A stretch of DNA of 64,000 nucleotides from Dehalococcoidales bacterium (GCA_034430375.1 DAOUER010000001.1:5760-69759); one strand, 5' to 3'. Shown: positions 11,270-22,023, numbered from the stretch's first letter. Notes: generated by a model from the sequence alone, not told the origin. Program-made: numbers and translations.

Positions 11270-12262
11270 GTGACAGCGCAGTATGAATTACCGGTACTGA
11301 CAGCCGACATCGGCGGTTCCAAGATATTGACGGCTATTTTTACCGGAAACGGGGAGATACAATCAAGGAATATCATTCAGACTGGGGCCGACGAAGGCGT
11401 CGAGGCGGTTATTGAAAGACTTGTCCGGGCGATAGGCCGACATCTGGAGGACAGCAATCTGGAACAGTCAAATCTGTCCGGCATCAATATCGCCTGTGCC
11501 GGGGGCGTAGACTCGGAAAGGGGGGTGGTGGTGACACCCTCTCCCAACCTGCCCGGCTGGCACGATGTCCCGCTCCGGGATGTCATCGAAGCAAGATTCG
11601 GAGTAACTACCACTGTTTTGAACGATGCCAGCGCGGCTGCCCTGGGGGAACACCGCTATGGAGTCGGAAAGGGAGTGAATAATCTTGTATTTATATCGCT
11701 GGGCACCGGTATTGGTGGCGGTATCATCGTTGACGGGCATCTCTACCAGGGAGCCAGCGGAGCCGCCGGTGAACTGGGTCACATGACTATCGATGCCAAC
11801 GGGCCGACCTGCGGCTGCGGTAATATCGGCTGCCTGGAGATGTTTGCCTCCGGGAAAGCAATCGTCAGGGAAGCTATCAAGCGTATCAGGGACGGAAGGA
11901 AATCATCATTGACAGAGGTGGTTGACGGAAAGACTGAAGATATCACCGTCGAAACGATAGCTGCCGCCGCAAAAGGTGGCGATTCTCTGGCCTTGGAAGT
12001 CTTGGCTCGGGCTTCCCACTATCTGGGAGTAGGTCTGGTAAATATGGTGAATATTTTCAATCCGGAGATGATTATTATCGGTGGGGGGATGGCGGATATC
12101 GGTGGTCTCCTGCTTGAGCCGGCCCGAGAAATGGTGAAGAAACGGGCTTTCGGTATATCCGCCCGGGCGGTAAATATCGTCACTGCCGGACTCGGTAATG
12201 AGGCCGGGATTTATGGAGCGGTCGCCTACGCCCGGGAACAAAAAATCAGGAGGACAGCATGA
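11270..12262 (+). CDS. glk: ROK-family glucokinase
   Basis: N-terminal ATPase motif ADIGGSKI. ROK signature with zinc cysteines GHMTIDANGPTCGCGNIGCLEMFASG. Confidence 0.88.
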   Translation: MTAQYELPVLTADIGGSKILTAIFTGNGEIQSRNIIQTGADEGVEAVIERLVRAIGRHLEDSNLEQSNLSGINIACAGGVDSERGVVVTPSPNLPGWHDVPLRDVIEARFGVTTTVLNDASAAALGEHRYGVGKGVNNLVFISLGTGIGGGIIVDGHLYQGASGAAGELGHMTIDANGPTCGCGNIGCLEMFASGKAIVREAIKRIRDGRKSSLTEVVDGKTEDITVETIAAAAKGGDSLALEVLARASHYLGVGLVNMVNIFNPEMIIIGGGMADIGGLLLEPAREMVKKRAFGISARAVNIVTAGLGNEAGIYGAVAYAREQKIRRTA

Positions 12263-13119
12263 AAGTCAGGAAAGCGGTTATTATAGCAGCGGGGTGGGGA
12301 ACGAGATTCCTTCCGGCTACCAGGTCGCAGCCCAAGGAAATGCTCCCGCTGGTGGATAAGCCGGTTATACATTACACCGTGGAAGAAGCCATGTTGTCCG
12401 GCATCCGGCAGATTATTATCGTCACGGCCCGGGGGAAGCATTCGATGGAAGATTACTTTGACGATTGTTACGAACTGGAGCAATTCTTGGAGCGGAAGGG
12501 TGATATAGAATTATCACGCCGGATGAAGGAATTATCCGGTATGGTGGATATCTGCTATATCCGGCAGAAAGAGCAGAAAGGACTCGGCCATGCCATCAGC
12601 ACAGCCCGGGATATCGTTGAGAAAGAGCCTTTTGCCGTTATTTTACCCGACGACATTATCGATAGTCCGGTACCTACCCTCAAGAGCATGATAGATGTCT
12701 ACGAAAAATATGACGGCGGCGTCATTGCCGTGGAGAAGGTCAGTGATGCAGACACACGCAAGTACGGCATCATCGACCCGGAAAACGTTAGCGAACGGGT
12801 ATACCGGATACGGGGGATGGTGGAAAAACCGGAACCCGCTGACGCTCCTTCCCGACTGGGAATCGTAGGGAGGTACATTCTACCCCCGGAGACCTTCGAT
12901 GCTATCGATAAAACACCGCCGGGTAAGGGCAATGAGGTCCAGATAACCGATGCGCTGCATCTTTTACTCAAAGAACATCAGCTTTACGCTTACGAACTGG
13001 ACGGAATCCGGTACGATACCGGTACACCACTGGGCTGGCTCAAAGCCAACGTGTCTTTAGCTATAAAACGGGATGATACCGGGCCGGAACTGAAGAAGTA
13101 CCTGAAGGATATTTTATAA
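12259..13119 (+). CDS. galU: UTP--glucose-1-phosphate uridylyltransferase
   Basis: KAVIIAAGWGTRFLPATRSQPKEMLPLVDKPVIHYTVEEA matches the GalU N-terminal signature. The start overlaps glk by 4 nt (ATGA). Confidence 0.93.
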   Translation: MKVRKAVIIAAGWGTRFLPATRSQPKEMLPLVDKPVIHYTVEEAMLSGIRQIIIVTARGKHSMEDYFDDCYELEQFLERKGDIELSRRMKELSGMVDICYIRQKEQKGLGHAISTARDIVEKEPFAVILPDDIIDSPVPTLKSMIDVYEKYDGGVIAVEKVSDADTRKYGIIDPENVSERVYRIRGMVEKPEPADAPSRLGIVGRYILPPETFDAIDKTPPGKGNEVQITDALHLLLKEHQLYAYELDGIRYDTGTPLGWLKANVSLAIKRDDTGPELKKYLKDIL

Positions 13120-13142
13120 TAAGATTTTAATGATACCGGTGA

Positions 13143-13172
13143 TTGACAGGTCGAGTCCGGTAAACTTAAAAT
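13143..13172 (+). promoter_or_regulatory. candidate promoter for alaS
   Basis: TTGACA (13143-13148), an 18-nt spacer, then TAAAAT (13167-13172). Confidence 0.45.
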
Positions 13173-13189
13173 CAAAAGTAAGTTTATAA

Positions 13190-15820
13190 TTGGAGTTATT
13201 CGTGGACAGCGACTCAATTCGGCAGGCATTTTTAGATTATTTTACAGAGAAGGGGCATACGGTGGTGCCCAGTTCCTCGCTGGTGCCCAAAGGCGACCCC
13301 ACCCTGCTCTTGACCAACGCCGGGATGGTGCAGATGAAGCCGTATTTTCTCGGCGAAGCCATGCCTCCGAATATCCGTATGGCTTCATCTCAAAAATGCT
13401 TCCGGACCTCGGATATCGATGAAGTAGGTGATGCCACTCACCTGACGTTTTTCGAAATGCTGGGGAATTTCAGCGTCGGGGACTATTTCAAGAAAGAGGC
13501 CATCGCCCGGGGCTGGGAATTCCTCACCGACCGCATGAAAATACCGGCGGAAAAGCTTTGGATAACCATCTTCACGGATGATGATGAGGCCTATCGGTAC
13601 TGGCGGGAGATAGGCATCCCGGAGAACAGGATATTCCGGTTCGATGAATCGGAGAATTTCTGGGGTCCGGCGGGCAGCTCCGGTCCCTGCGGTCCCGACA
13701 GCGAGATATTTTACGATTTCGGCATCGAAAACGGCTGCGGCAAGCCCGACTGTAAACCGAATTGTGAGTGCGGGCGTTTTACCGAGTTGTGGAACCTGGT
13801 CTTCGTCCAGTATAACCAGGACGAGGCCGGGAACCGCACGCCGCTGCCCAGGAAGAATATCGATACCGGCATGGGACTGGAAAGAATGGCGACGGCATTG
13901 CAGGGTAAACTCTCCGCGTATGAAACGGACCTGTTCGCGCCGTTGATTGAATGTATCAGCGGAGTTACCGGTAAAAAATACGGCGCCAATAAAGACGACG
14001 ATGTTGCCATGCGCGTCCTGGCTGACCATGGCCGCGCTATCACTTTCCTCATCGCCGACGGCGTTATTCCCGGCAACGAGGGGCGGGGCTATGTACTGCG
14101 GCGGCTCCTCCGCCGGACGACCCTTTTCGGGTTCAGGCTGGGACTGGACAAACCTTTCCTATCGGAACTGGCCCGGACGACGATTAAGCAGATGAATCAC
14201 GTCTACCCGGAGCTCAAGCAGCGACAAGACTATGTCCTCCAGGCTATCGAGTCGGAGGAAACGCGGTTCGAGGAGACACTGAAAACCGGACTGGAAGTAA
14301 TCGAGGATATGATATCCCGGTATGGTGACGGTAAGGAAAAGCAGATATCCGGCGCCGACGCCTTCCGACTCTACGATACCTACGGCTTCCCGGTCGAGCT
14401 TACCCAGGAGGTGGTGGGTAAATCCGGCTTTACCGTGGATATGGCCGGCTTTGAGAGAGAGATGGAAAAGCAGCGAGAAAGGGCGAGATCCAGCCATAAA
14501 TTTAAAACCGATATTGATCTCTGGTTAAGTAAACCAAGTTCAACAATAACTGAGACCACAAAATTCGTGGGCTATCACTGCCTGGAGCAGGAAGCTGGTA
14601 TTGTCGGGCTCCTGGTTGACGGTAAGAATACAGAGAGAGTAGAAACAGGACAGGAAGCGGGGATTATCCTCGATGTCTCGCCTTTTTATGGCGAGATGGG
14701 CGGGCAGATGGGTGATACCGGCGAGATAAGGGGTGCCAACGGCCGTTTCCTTGTCACCGATACCGTTCGACTTGAATCGGGAGCAACTTTACATAAAGGT
14801 AATATTTTGGAAGGATATATCACATCTGGGGAGAAGGTCGCAGCGGTGGTGGATACCGATCGCCGGATGGATATCGCCCGCAACCATACGGCCACGCACC
14901 TGTTACAATCGGCCCTCCGGGAGGTCCTCGGGGAGCATATCCAGCAGCGCGGCTCGCTGGTAGCCTCCGACCGGCTACGCTTCGACTTTTCTCACCTGGC
15001 TGCCGTTAAACCGGAAGAAATCAGCCGGGTTCAGCAGATTGTCAACGAGAAAATCCGGCAGAACCTGCCGGTTTATGATGAAGAAACCTCCTATAAAGAG
15101 GCCATCAACGCTGGGGTTATCGCCATCTTCGATGAAAAGTACGGCGAAGTCGTCCGCGTCCTAAAGATAGGGGAGCCGTCGGTCAGCGCCGAGTTGTGCG
15201 GCGGCACTCATGTAAGCTCTACGGGGGAAATCGGATATTTCCATATAGTCAGCGAGAGCAGTATCGGGGCCGGACTACGCCGCATTGAAGCTGTCACCGG
15301 CCGCGGCGCCGAGGAACTATTGAACCAGCGTCTCTCCGGGCTGGAAAGCATTGCCAGGGCCTTGGACGCCACCCCCGAAAACGCCGCAGAGAAGCTCACC
15401 GGCCTGGTAGCTGACCTGGAGAGTGAACGGAAGAACAACGTATCACTTCAACGTGAACTGGCTAACCGGGAAGTAGCATCATTATTAGAAAGTGTAGAAG
15501 TAATCAAAGGCATAAAGGTAATACCCGCCCGGGTGACTTCGGCTAACCAGGTGATTATGCGCGAAATGGCCGACGTTATCCGGGATAAACTTAAGAGCGT
15601 CATCGTTGTCCTCGGTGCGGTTAGCGGAGACAGGCCGGTGTTTGTCGCCGCGGTAACACCGGACCTGGTAGCCAAGGGCTATAACGCCGGCGATATCATC
15701 AAGCAGGTTTCCAGGGTAGCCGGTGGTGGCGGCGGCGGCCGGGCTGATTTCGCCCAGGCGGGGGGGAAAGACAAAGTCAACCTCGATGAAGCCCTGCGTC
15801 TGGTAAAGCAGTTGATTTGA
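13190..15820 (+). CDS. alaS: alanine--tRNA ligase
   Basis: 876 aa with IRQAFLDYFTEKGHTVVPSSSLVP, the FEMLGNFSVGDYFK class-II motifs, the editing-domain HTATHLL and CGGTHV, and a C-terminal DHHA1-like GGGGGGRADFAQAGG. The track start is TTG 13190. GTG 13202, preceded by GGAG, is an alternative start. Confidence 0.97.
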   Translation: MELFVDSDSIRQAFLDYFTEKGHTVVPSSSLVPKGDPTLLLTNAGMVQMKPYFLGEAMPPNIRMASSQKCFRTSDIDEVGDATHLTFFEMLGNFSVGDYFKKEAIARGWEFLTDRMKIPAEKLWITIFTDDDEAYRYWREIGIPENRIFRFDESENFWGPAGSSGPCGPDSEIFYDFGIENGCGKPDCKPNCECGRFTELWNLVFVQYNQDEAGNRTPLPRKNIDTGMGLERMATALQGKLSAYETDLFAPLIECISGVTGKKYGANKDDDVAMRVLADHGRAITFLIADGVIPGNEGRGYVLRRLLRRTTLFGFRLGLDKPFLSELARTTIKQMNHVYPELKQRQDYVLQAIESEETRFEETLKTGLEVIEDMISRYGDGKEKQISGADAFRLYDTYGFPVELTQEVVGKSGFTVDMAGFEREMEKQRERARSSHKFKTDIDLWLSKPSSTITETTKFVGYHCLEQEAGIVGLLVDGKNTERVETGQEAGIILDVSPFYGEMGGQMGDTGEIRGANGRFLVTDTVRLESGATLHKGNILEGYITSGEKVAAVVDTDRRMDIARNHTATHLLQSALREVLGEHIQQRGSLVASDRLRFDFSHLAAVKPEEISRVQQIVNEKIRQNLPVYDEETSYKEAINAGVIAIFDEKYGEVVRVLKIGEPSVSAELCGGTHVSSTGEIGYFHIVSESSIGAGLRRIEAVTGRGAEELLNQRLSGLESIARALDATPENAAEKLTGLVADLESERKNNVSLQRELANREVASLLESVEVIKGIKVIPARVTSANQVIMREMADVIRDKLKSVIVVLGAVSGDRPVFVAAVTPDLVAKGYNAGDIIKQVSRVAGGGGGGRADFAQAGGKDKVNLDEALRLVKQLI

Positions 15821-15821
15821 C

Positions 15822-16256
15822 ATGGCAGAGATAGACAAACGCATCATGGGAGTTGATTACGGCGACAGCCGTATCGGCGTGGCTCTCAGCGACCCCCTGG
15901 GTATCATGGCTACCCCGATGACGATTATTTTGCGGATAGAGGAATACAAAGATATCATCGAATTGCTGGATATTGCCGCCGATAACGACGTCGGTCGGAT
16001 TGTCATCGGACTGCCGATATCGATGGACGGGAGTCTGGGTCAGCAGGCGGAAAAGGTGAAGACTTTCGCTATAGAACTGGCTAAAAATACAGCTATTCCC
16101 ATCGAGTTCAAGGACGAACGCTTATCGACGGTGGTGGCCAAAGACCTGGTGCGGAAAGCACGCAAGACCGACCGTAAAACCCGGTATGATGCGGCGGCGG
16201 CGGCACTTATTTTACAGAGCTACCTGGATGATAGGGTCGGGAACGGAGCTGTTTAG
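15822..16256 (+). CDS. ruvX: Holliday-junction resolvase-like pre-16S rRNA nuclease RuvX/YqgF
   Basis: IMGVDYGDSRIGVALSD...VGRIVIGLP...DERLSTV is the YqgF pattern. It sits directly after alaS, as in many bacteria. Confidence 0.9.
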   Translation: MAEIDKRIMGVDYGDSRIGVALSDPLGIMATPMTIILRIEEYKDIIELLDIAADNDVGRIVIGLPISMDGSLGQQAEKVKTFAIELAKNTAIPIEFKDERLSTVVAKDLVRKARKTDRKTRYDAAAAALILQSYLDDRVGNGAV

Positions 16257-16315
16257 ATAGTTGGGGGGATTCACCCTTTCTTCATCGCCCCGCTTTCATT
16301 TCAGGGTTAGCTTTA

Positions 16316-16345
16316 TTGACAATGCTTTACCACCATTTGTATCAT
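16316..16345 (+). promoter_or_regulatory. candidate promoter for dnaJ
   Basis: TTGACA (16316-16321), an 18-nt spacer, then TATCAT (16340-16345). A TATAAT follows at 16345-16350. A 7-bp hairpin TGTCCGG-aaaca-CCGGACA lies in the leader at 16361-16379. Confidence 0.35.
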
Positions 16346-16403
16346 ATAATTGGTAGTCCGTGTCCGGAAACACCGGACAAGCTCGCTGAGAAACTAGGAT
16401 TAT

Positions 16404-17486
16404 ATGGCCGCAAAAAGAGATTATTATGATGTGTTAGGAGTATCCCGGGATGTTTCCGCCGAGGATATAAAGAAAGCTTTCCGCAAGCTGGCTTTTCAGT
16501 ATCATCCCGATAGGAATAGTGATGACGGCGCTGAGGCCAAGTTTAAGGAAGTCAACGAAGCCTACGAGGTGCTTTCCGACGAGGATAAACGGGCGGCCTA
16601 CGACCGCTACGGGCACAGCGGCACCGATAATCTCTTCGGTCGGGGTTTTGAAGGATTTGATTTCGGCGGCTTCGGTGATATTTTTGAAGCATTTTTCGGT
16701 GGTACCGGCACCGCTACGCGGCACGGGCCGCGTCACGGGAACGACCTTCGTTATAAAGTGTCGCTGACGTTTGAAGAAGCCGCCCTGGGGTGCGAAAAAA
16801 AAATTGAGATAAAACGCACCGAATTATGCGATACCTGCCGCGGCACCGGTTCCAAACCGGGCGTGGAGCCGACGCGTTGCCCCACCTGTGGAGGCTCCGG
16901 CCAAGTACGGCGTGTCCAGAGGAGTCTTTTTGGCCAGTTCATACAGTCGGGGGTGTGCGGTCAGTGCCGTGGAGAAGGCAGGATAATCACCGAACCCTGC
17001 CATGACTGTAAAGGCAGCGGTTTCCAGAAACAAAAGCGCCGTATCGCCGTCAAAGTACCGGCTGGGGTCGATGACGGCAACGGCATAAAGCTGCGGGGTG
17101 AAGGCGACGCCGGTTTCCGGGGAGGTTCACCGGGGAACGTATACGTAATGCTTGCGGTAGCTAGGCACGATTTCTTCGTACGTGAAGGTGACGATGTTCT
17201 TTACGATCTGCCGGTCAGCTTTGCCGAAGCAGCCCTCGGCACCGAAGTTGAAGTGCCGACTCTTTACGGAGATACCGGGCTGAAAATACCTTCCGGAAGC
17301 CAGACCGACCGGGTATTTCGTTTGAAAGATAAGGGTATCGCCCACGTACACGGCAGCGGACGCGGCGACCAGCTGGTCAGGCTGCGGGTAGTCACTCCCG
17401 ATTCGCTGAATAAAGAGCAGCGCAAGCTGATGGAAGAGCTGTTAAAAAGCCTGGGGCCGTTAAAGAGGAAGCAGGCCGGTTCCTGA
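16404..17486 (+). CDS. dnaJ: molecular chaperone DnaJ
   Basis: J-domain [32 protein letters not shown], a G/F region, and four CxxCxGxG zinc motifs. Confidence 0.97.
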   Translation: MAAKRDYYDVLGVSRDVSAEDIKKAFRKLAFQYHPDRNSDDGAEAKFKEVNEAYEVLSDEDKRAAYDRYGHSGTDNLFGRGFEGFDFGGFGDIFEAFFGGTGTATRHGPRHGNDLRYKVSLTFEEAALGCEKKIEIKRTELCDTCRGTGSKPGVEPTRCPTCGGSGQVRRVQRSLFGQFIQSGVCGQCRGEGRIITEPCHDCKGSGFQKQKRRIAVKVPAGVDDGNGIKLRGEGDAGFRGGSPGNVYVMLAVARHDFFVREGDDVLYDLPVSFAEAALGTEVEVPTLYGDTGLKIPSGSQTDRVFRLKDKGIAHVHGSGRGDQLVRLRVVTPDSLNKEQRKLMEELLKSLGPLKRKQAGS

Positions 17487-17503
17487 TACCGGGTCATGGA
17501 TTT

Positions 17504-18553
17504 CTACTGTTTGTCTCGCCGGAAAAAGGAGAATAAGCGCCAGCGCCGGCCCGACAGTTCATGTTTGGTACCACCTCCCATCAGCTCTATGGTTGTCTGC
17601 AGCGGATCAGCATCTTCATAAAGTACCTGGTGCAGTTTCTCGGTTATCGGCATTTCCAGTCCCATCTCTTCGGCCAGATTCTTGGCGACGAGTGTCGTAT
17701 TCACCCCTTCCGCTACCTCGGTCATGGAGTCGATTATCTCGGCCAGCGGGATTCCCTTCGATAGTTCTACGCCGACATGATGGTTACGACTCAGCGGGCT
17801 GGTACAGGTAGCGATAACATCCCCCAGTCCGGCTAGTCCCGAAAAGGTGAGGGGATTGGCCCCCAGCGACATACCCAGGGCGGTAATCTCGGTCAAGCCG
17901 CGGGTAATAAAAGCCGCCCGGGCGTTATCACCGTATCCCAGGCCGTCGGCGATACCTGCCCCGATGGCCAGAATATTCTTTAAGGAACCCGCCAGTTCAA
18001 CGCCGATAACATCGGAATTGGTAAATACACAAAAATTCGGAGTGGTCAGCAGACGCTGGGCTTTCCGGGCGGTGCCGGTATCGTCAGCGGCGATGACGGA
18101 AGCCGCGGGGAGGTTCTGCATTATCTCGCGGGCTAATTGAGGACCGGAAAGCACACAGATATTTGAATGAAAACGCTCATTGATTTCTTCGGCAATTACT
18201 TCTGACATGCGTTTATTACTGCCTATTTCCAGTCCTTTGGAGGCGCTGATTATCAGGGTGGACCTGGTGAGGTGGGGGGCTACCTGCAGGATATTATGCC
18301 GCATGGTAACGGAGGGTACCGCCAGGATAACCTCGCTAACATCATCCATTACCTCGCCCATTTCACTGGAGACGATAATATTATCCGGTAGTGTGATATT
18401 AGTGAAACGTTCCTGGTCGAGGCCTTTCTTCTTTATGGCATTGGCTTCCCGTTTGGTTCTTGCCCAGAGGTTTACTTCACGCCCTTTGCCGGCAATGAGC
18501 AGACCCAGGGTAATTCCCCAGCTGGTGGTGCCTATAATGGCGGTTTTTTGCAT
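17504..18553 (-). CDS. gpsA: NAD(P)H-dependent glycerol-3-phosphate dehydrogenase
   Basis: The N-terminal Rossmann segment (IIGTTSWG) is atypical but positioned correctly. Conserved blocks GSLKNILAIGAGIADGLGYGDNARAAFITRGLTE and SRNHHVG are present. Confidence 0.92.
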   Translation of the reverse strand: MQKTAIIGTTSWGITLGLLIAGKGREVNLWARTKREANAIKKKGLDQERFTNITLPDNIIVSSEMGEVMDDVSEVILAVPSVTMRHNILQVAPHLTRSTLIISASKGLEIGSNKRMSEVIAEEINERFHSNICVLSGPQLAREIMQNLPAASVIAADDTGTARKAQRLLTTPNFCVFTNSDVIGVELAGSLKNILAIGAGIADGLGYGDNARAAFITRGLTEITALGMSLGANPLTFSGLAGLGDVIATCTSPLSRNHHVGVELSKGIPLAEIIDSMTEVAEGVNTTLVAKNLAEEMGLEMPITEKLHQVLYEDADPLQTTIELMGGGTKHELSGRRWRLFSFFRRDKQ

Positions 18554-18591
18554 ATCCTGATTTGCCTTAAAAAAGAAGACTCAGGGGGAGT

Positions 18592-19293
18592 TTAATTGGT
18601 GCCGGTAGGGACTTTTTCCGTTTCCGTTTTTTCACCGATTTTGCGTTCTTTACCGGTTACCAGCCGCTGAATATTATCGCGGTGAACGACGTAGATAAAT
18701 ATGGCTCCCGCCATGGCGTAAATGACGTATTCTATATGCGGGTATAAACCCACCATGTCAACTTTCAGGTAGTTTAGGATTATCAACATGATGAAAGCAA
18801 CTACAGCGCCGGTAATAGAACCGAGTGACATAAACCTGGATATCAAACCAACGATGATCATGATAGCTCCACCTATTATAGCCGCCGGCCAGAACATTGC
18901 CATAAGCCCACCGAGGAAAGTGTTCACACCACGACCACCCTTGAACCTGAGAAATATCGACCAGGTATGGCCGGCAATGGCCCCGAATGCCGCCGCAATT
19001 TGCGCAAAAAGCATGGCCGTTTCGGGGTAGGTGGTCAGGCCGGTCGCGTAGACACTCTTGAATACCAGGTTGGCCAGTACTACGGCCAGTGCCCCTTTGC
19101 CGAGGTCAAATATTAATGATAATGCGGCGCCTTTCTTACCGGCGACCCGCATAACGTTGGTCATACCCATCTTGCCGCTGCCGACGTTTCGGATATCGGT
19201 TTTACCCAGCACACGGGCGATTACCACACCGAACGGGAGTGATCCCAGGAGGTACCCGATGATAATTACCGCGATATATAAGACGGCTATCAT
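18592..19293 (-). CDS. plsY: glycerol-3-phosphate acyltransferase PlsY
   Basis: Polytopic membrane protein with GYLLGSLPFGVVIAR...DIRNVGSGKMGMTNVMR...HTWSIFLRFKGGRGV. Confidence 0.93.
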   Translation of the reverse strand: MIAVLYIAVIIIGYLLGSLPFGVVIARVLGKTDIRNVGSGKMGMTNVMRVAGKKGAALSLIFDLGKGALAVVLANLVFKSVYATGLTTYPETAMLFAQIAAAFGAIAGHTWSIFLRFKGGRGVNTFLGGLMAMFWPAAIIGGAIMIIVGLISRFMSLGSITGAVVAFIMLIILNYLKVDMVGLYPHIEYVIYAMAGAIFIYVVHRDNIQRLVTGKERKIGEKTETEKVPTGTN

Positions 19294-20603
19294 GATTCAC
19301 CTTTCGTCTTGAAGACTTGCCTTATCGGCGTGCCGTTGAAACCGAAAGTTTCACGCAGTTTATTTTCCAGGTAGCGCCGGTAGGTGAAATGAATCAGTCT
19401 GGCATCGTTGACAAAGAAAACGAAAGTCGGCGGGTTGACTTCGGCCTGTGTTGCGTAATAGACCTTGGGCTGCTTGCTCTTTACGCGTGCCGGTTGGTGG
19501 GCGGCCACCGCCTGTTGAATAACGCTGTTGACCTTGGCGGTAGAGAGTCTTTTTTGCCTCTCCCGGTTTACTTGTACAACCTGAGGCATTATGTTACCCA
19601 CTCCCTGGCCGGTCTTGGCTGATATGAACAGGACCGGTGCGTAAGTGAAAAATTTAAATAGGTACTTGATATAATCATGCCATTCGGAGGTGTTCTTCTC
19701 TTTAATTAAGTCCCATTTATTGACGATTATTATGATACCTTTGGCTGCCTGCTGGATATAACCGCCAATATGCAGGTCCTGAGAAGTAGCCGGCTCAGTA
19801 GCATCGAGGAGGAGTAAAGCTATATCAGCCCGGTCAATAGCTCTCAGCGTCCTTATCACGCTGTATTTTTCAATTCCGGGCTTAACGCTCCCCCGCCGCC
19901 GGACACCTGCCGTATCAATAAGTAGCATACTTTGACCTTTAAAGTCAAACAGCGTATCGATAGCATCGCGGGTAGTTCCCGGGGTGTCATCGACAATGAC
20001 CCTGTTATCACCGACCAGAGTATTGAGCAGCATGGACTTACCGACATTGGGGCGGCCGACGATAGCTATCCGGATAGCCTCGACAGGTATATCCGCGGAA
20101 TCCTGGGCTGGTAACAACGGAATTATCCTATCCAGCAATTCGGCGGTATTACGACCGTGATGGGCGGCAACCGGTATCGGTTCTCCCAGTCCCAGTTCGT
20201 AGAACTCCACGGCCTCACTTTCGAGTCGGGAATTATCTGCCTTGTTGGCCACCACCAGCACCGGTTTTTCGGTCTTACGTAAAATAGAAGAGATTTCCAG
20301 GTCGGTGGCGGTTACCCCTTCGCTGGCATCAACCAGGAAGATGAGAACGTCGGCGGTATCGATGGCGGCTTCTATCTGGGTGTTAATGCCGCGGTTAATA
20401 ACCGATTCCGTTTCGGGCTCCAGTCCGCCCGTATCCACCAGGGTAAATTCGGTGTCATTCCAACTTACAGTGGCAAAGATACGGTCACGGGTAGTGCCCG
20501 GCTGGTCCTGAACGATAGCCAGGGGTTTACCCGCCATCCGGTTAAGGAGGGTGGATTTTCCGGTATTTTGCCGTCCGATGATGGCGACGATTGGTTTAGC
20601 CAT
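19290..20603 (-). CDS. der: ribosome biogenesis GTPase Der (EngA)
   Basis: Two tandem GTPase domains (GRQNTGKSTLLN and GRPNVGKSMLLN) and a KH-like C-terminus. ATG 20603 (MAKPIVAIIG), with GGGAG upstream, is preferred over the track start at 20633. Confidence 0.93.
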   Translation of the reverse strand: MAKPIVAIIGRQNTGKSTLLNRMAGKPLAIVQDQPGTTRDRIFATVSWNDTEFTLVDTGGLEPETESVINRGINTQIEAAIDTADVLIFLVDASEGVTATDLEISSILRKTEKPVLVVANKADNSRLESEAVEFYELGLGEPIPVAAHHGRNTAELLDRIIPLLPAQDSADIPVEAIRIAIVGRPNVGKSMLLNTLVGDNRVIVDDTPGTTRDAIDTLFDFKGQSMLLIDTAGVRRRGSVKPGIEKYSVIRTLRAIDRADIALLLLDATEPATSQDLHIGGYIQQAAKGIIIIVNKWDLIKEKNTSEWHDYIKYLFKFFTYAPVLFISAKTGQGVGNIMPQVVQVNRERQKRLSTAKVNSVIQQAVAAHQPARVKSKQPKVYYATQAEVNPPTFVFFVNDARLIHFTYRRYLENKLRETFGFNGTPIRQVFKTKGES

Positions 20604-20661
20604 AGTAATTGACTCCCGGTGTGATAATATCACCGGCAGGATGATTTATTCTTCTCTCTAT

Positions 20662-21645
20662 TTATGGGTAATTCGCCAGTGGTATTTCCAGTCCGCCGAG
20701 CATATCTGCCAGCAGGGCTTTCTGGGCGTATAACCGATTTTCCACCTGGTCAAACACCACCGACTGCGGACTATAGAGTATATTTTCCGCTACTTCCTCA
20801 CCGTGGTGGGCGGGAAGGGGATGCATTAATATGGCGTATCCCCGGGCTAATGAGAGTAATTCGGGGTTCACCTGGTAAGGTTTGAATACCTGCCGGCGCT
20901 TTTCGGATTCAGCTTCCTGCCCCATACTTATCCAGACATCGGTATAAACAACATCGGCCCCCCTGACCGCCTCCTTGGGGTCATCCGTGCAGAAGATTTC
21001 GGTTCTGGTTTCGGCGGCATAATCATGAGCCAGGCGCAATGTCTTATCATCAATTTCATAACCACGCGGGGAAGCTATGCGAAAATTCATGCCGGCCAGC
21101 GCCGCCGCCAGTACCAGGCTGTTGGCGCAATTGTTGCCGTCGCCGACATAGGCCAGCGTAATACCTTCCAGCATATTCTTTTTTTCATAAATGGTTAGCA
21201 GGTCGGCCAGTGCCTGGCAGGGGTGTTCCAGATCAGATAAGGCGTTGATTACCGGCACACTGGCATATTCCGCCATTAATTCGATAGTGCTATGGGAAAA
21301 AGTACGCGCCACAATGGCGTTAACGTAACGACTTAACACCTGAGCGACGTCCGGGGCGGATTCTCGCTTACCCAGGCGGACTTCATCCGGAGAAAGGTAA
21401 ATGCAATGTCCGCCTAATTGTCGCATAGCCATTTCAAAGCTGACACGGGTACGATTAGAGGGTTTTTCAAACAAAAGGGCTATAGACTTTTCATTCAGGA
21501 GGGAACTCCACCCCGCCGCTTTTAATTCAATGGCGGTGTTTATCAGTGTATTCAAATCCTCCGAATCAAGGTCGGCTATGGAAAGAAAGTCTTTGCTTTT
21601 CAAATCACTCTCCTGTATTTCCACAGTATAGCACGAAATACCCAT
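20662..21645 (-). CDS. argF: ornithine carbamoyltransferase
   Basis: SNRTRVSFE, HPCQALADL, VGDGNNCANSL, DVWISMGQE and MHPLPAHHGEEV resemble the OTC pattern more than ATCase. The HCLP motif reads HPLP, so the OTC versus related carbamoyltransferase call is not absolute. Confidence 0.8.
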   Translation of the reverse strand: MGISCYTVEIQESDLKSKDFLSIADLDSEDLNTLINTAIELKAAGWSSLLNEKSIALLFEKPSNRTRVSFEMAMRQLGGHCIYLSPDEVRLGKRESAPDVAQVLSRYVNAIVARTFSHSTIELMAEYASVPVINALSDLEHPCQALADLLTIYEKKNMLEGITLAYVGDGNNCANSLVLAAALAGMNFRIASPRGYEIDDKTLRLAHDYAAETRTEIFCTDDPKEAVRGADVVYTDVWISMGQEAESEKRRQVFKPYQVNPELLSLARGYAILMHPLPAHHGEEVAENILYSPQSVVFDQVENRLYAQKALLADMLGGLEIPLANYP

Positions 21646-21707
21646 TATTCAATAGTGAAAAAGGGAAAAGATGGTACTAACGGATAGTCAACAGCGGATG
21701 AAATAAC

Positions 21708-21736
21708 TTGACACAAGTATATAACTTATCTAATAT
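21708..21736 (+). promoter_or_regulatory. candidate promoter
   Basis: TTGACA (21708-21713), a 17-nt spacer, then TAATAT (21731-21736). It lies 30 nt upstream of the TTG start at 21766. Confidence 0.5.
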
Positions 21737-21765
21737 CTATAGTGCAGTAAGACCGGGGGTTAGTT

Positions 21766-22023
21766 TTGGCGAAAAACGAGAAATATACCGTTTCCAGCAA
21801 CGAGATCGTGGATAAGGTAAAAGAGCTTATACACGAAGGTAATATAAGACGAGTGCGCCTGCTGCACGAAGAGAAAACAATATTTGAAATACCCCTGTCT
21901 GTGGGGGCACCGGTAGCGGCGGTGGGTATACTGGCGGTACCTCTGGTAGCGGCTATAGGCGCCTTTGCCGCCCTGGTAACGGAGTGTACTATTGAAGTGG
22001 AGAAGATAGAGGAAACGGTATAA
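21766..22023 (+). CDS. DUF4342-like small protein
   Basis: YTVSSNEIVDKVKELIHEGNIRRVRLLHEEKTIFEIPLSVGAPVAAVGILAVPLVAAIGAFAALVTECTIEVEK matches my recollection of the DUF4342 pattern. Confidence 0.7.
   Translation: MAKNEKYTVSSNEIVDKVKELIHEGNIRRVRLLHEEKTIFEIPLSVGAPVAAVGILAVPLVAAIGAFAALVTECTIEVEKIEETV

Noticed and set aside
16257-16403. A search for a CIRCE element (TTAGCACTC-N9-GAGTGCTAA) upstream of dnaJ.
   Set aside because: No match is present. There is only a generic 7-bp hairpin at 16361-16379.
21646-21700. ATTCAatagTGAAA upstream of argF, considered as an ArgR (ARG box) operator.
   Set aside because: The half-sites are in the wrong orientation for a TGAAT-N4-ATTCA box, and the flanking sequence does not complete either neighbouring box.
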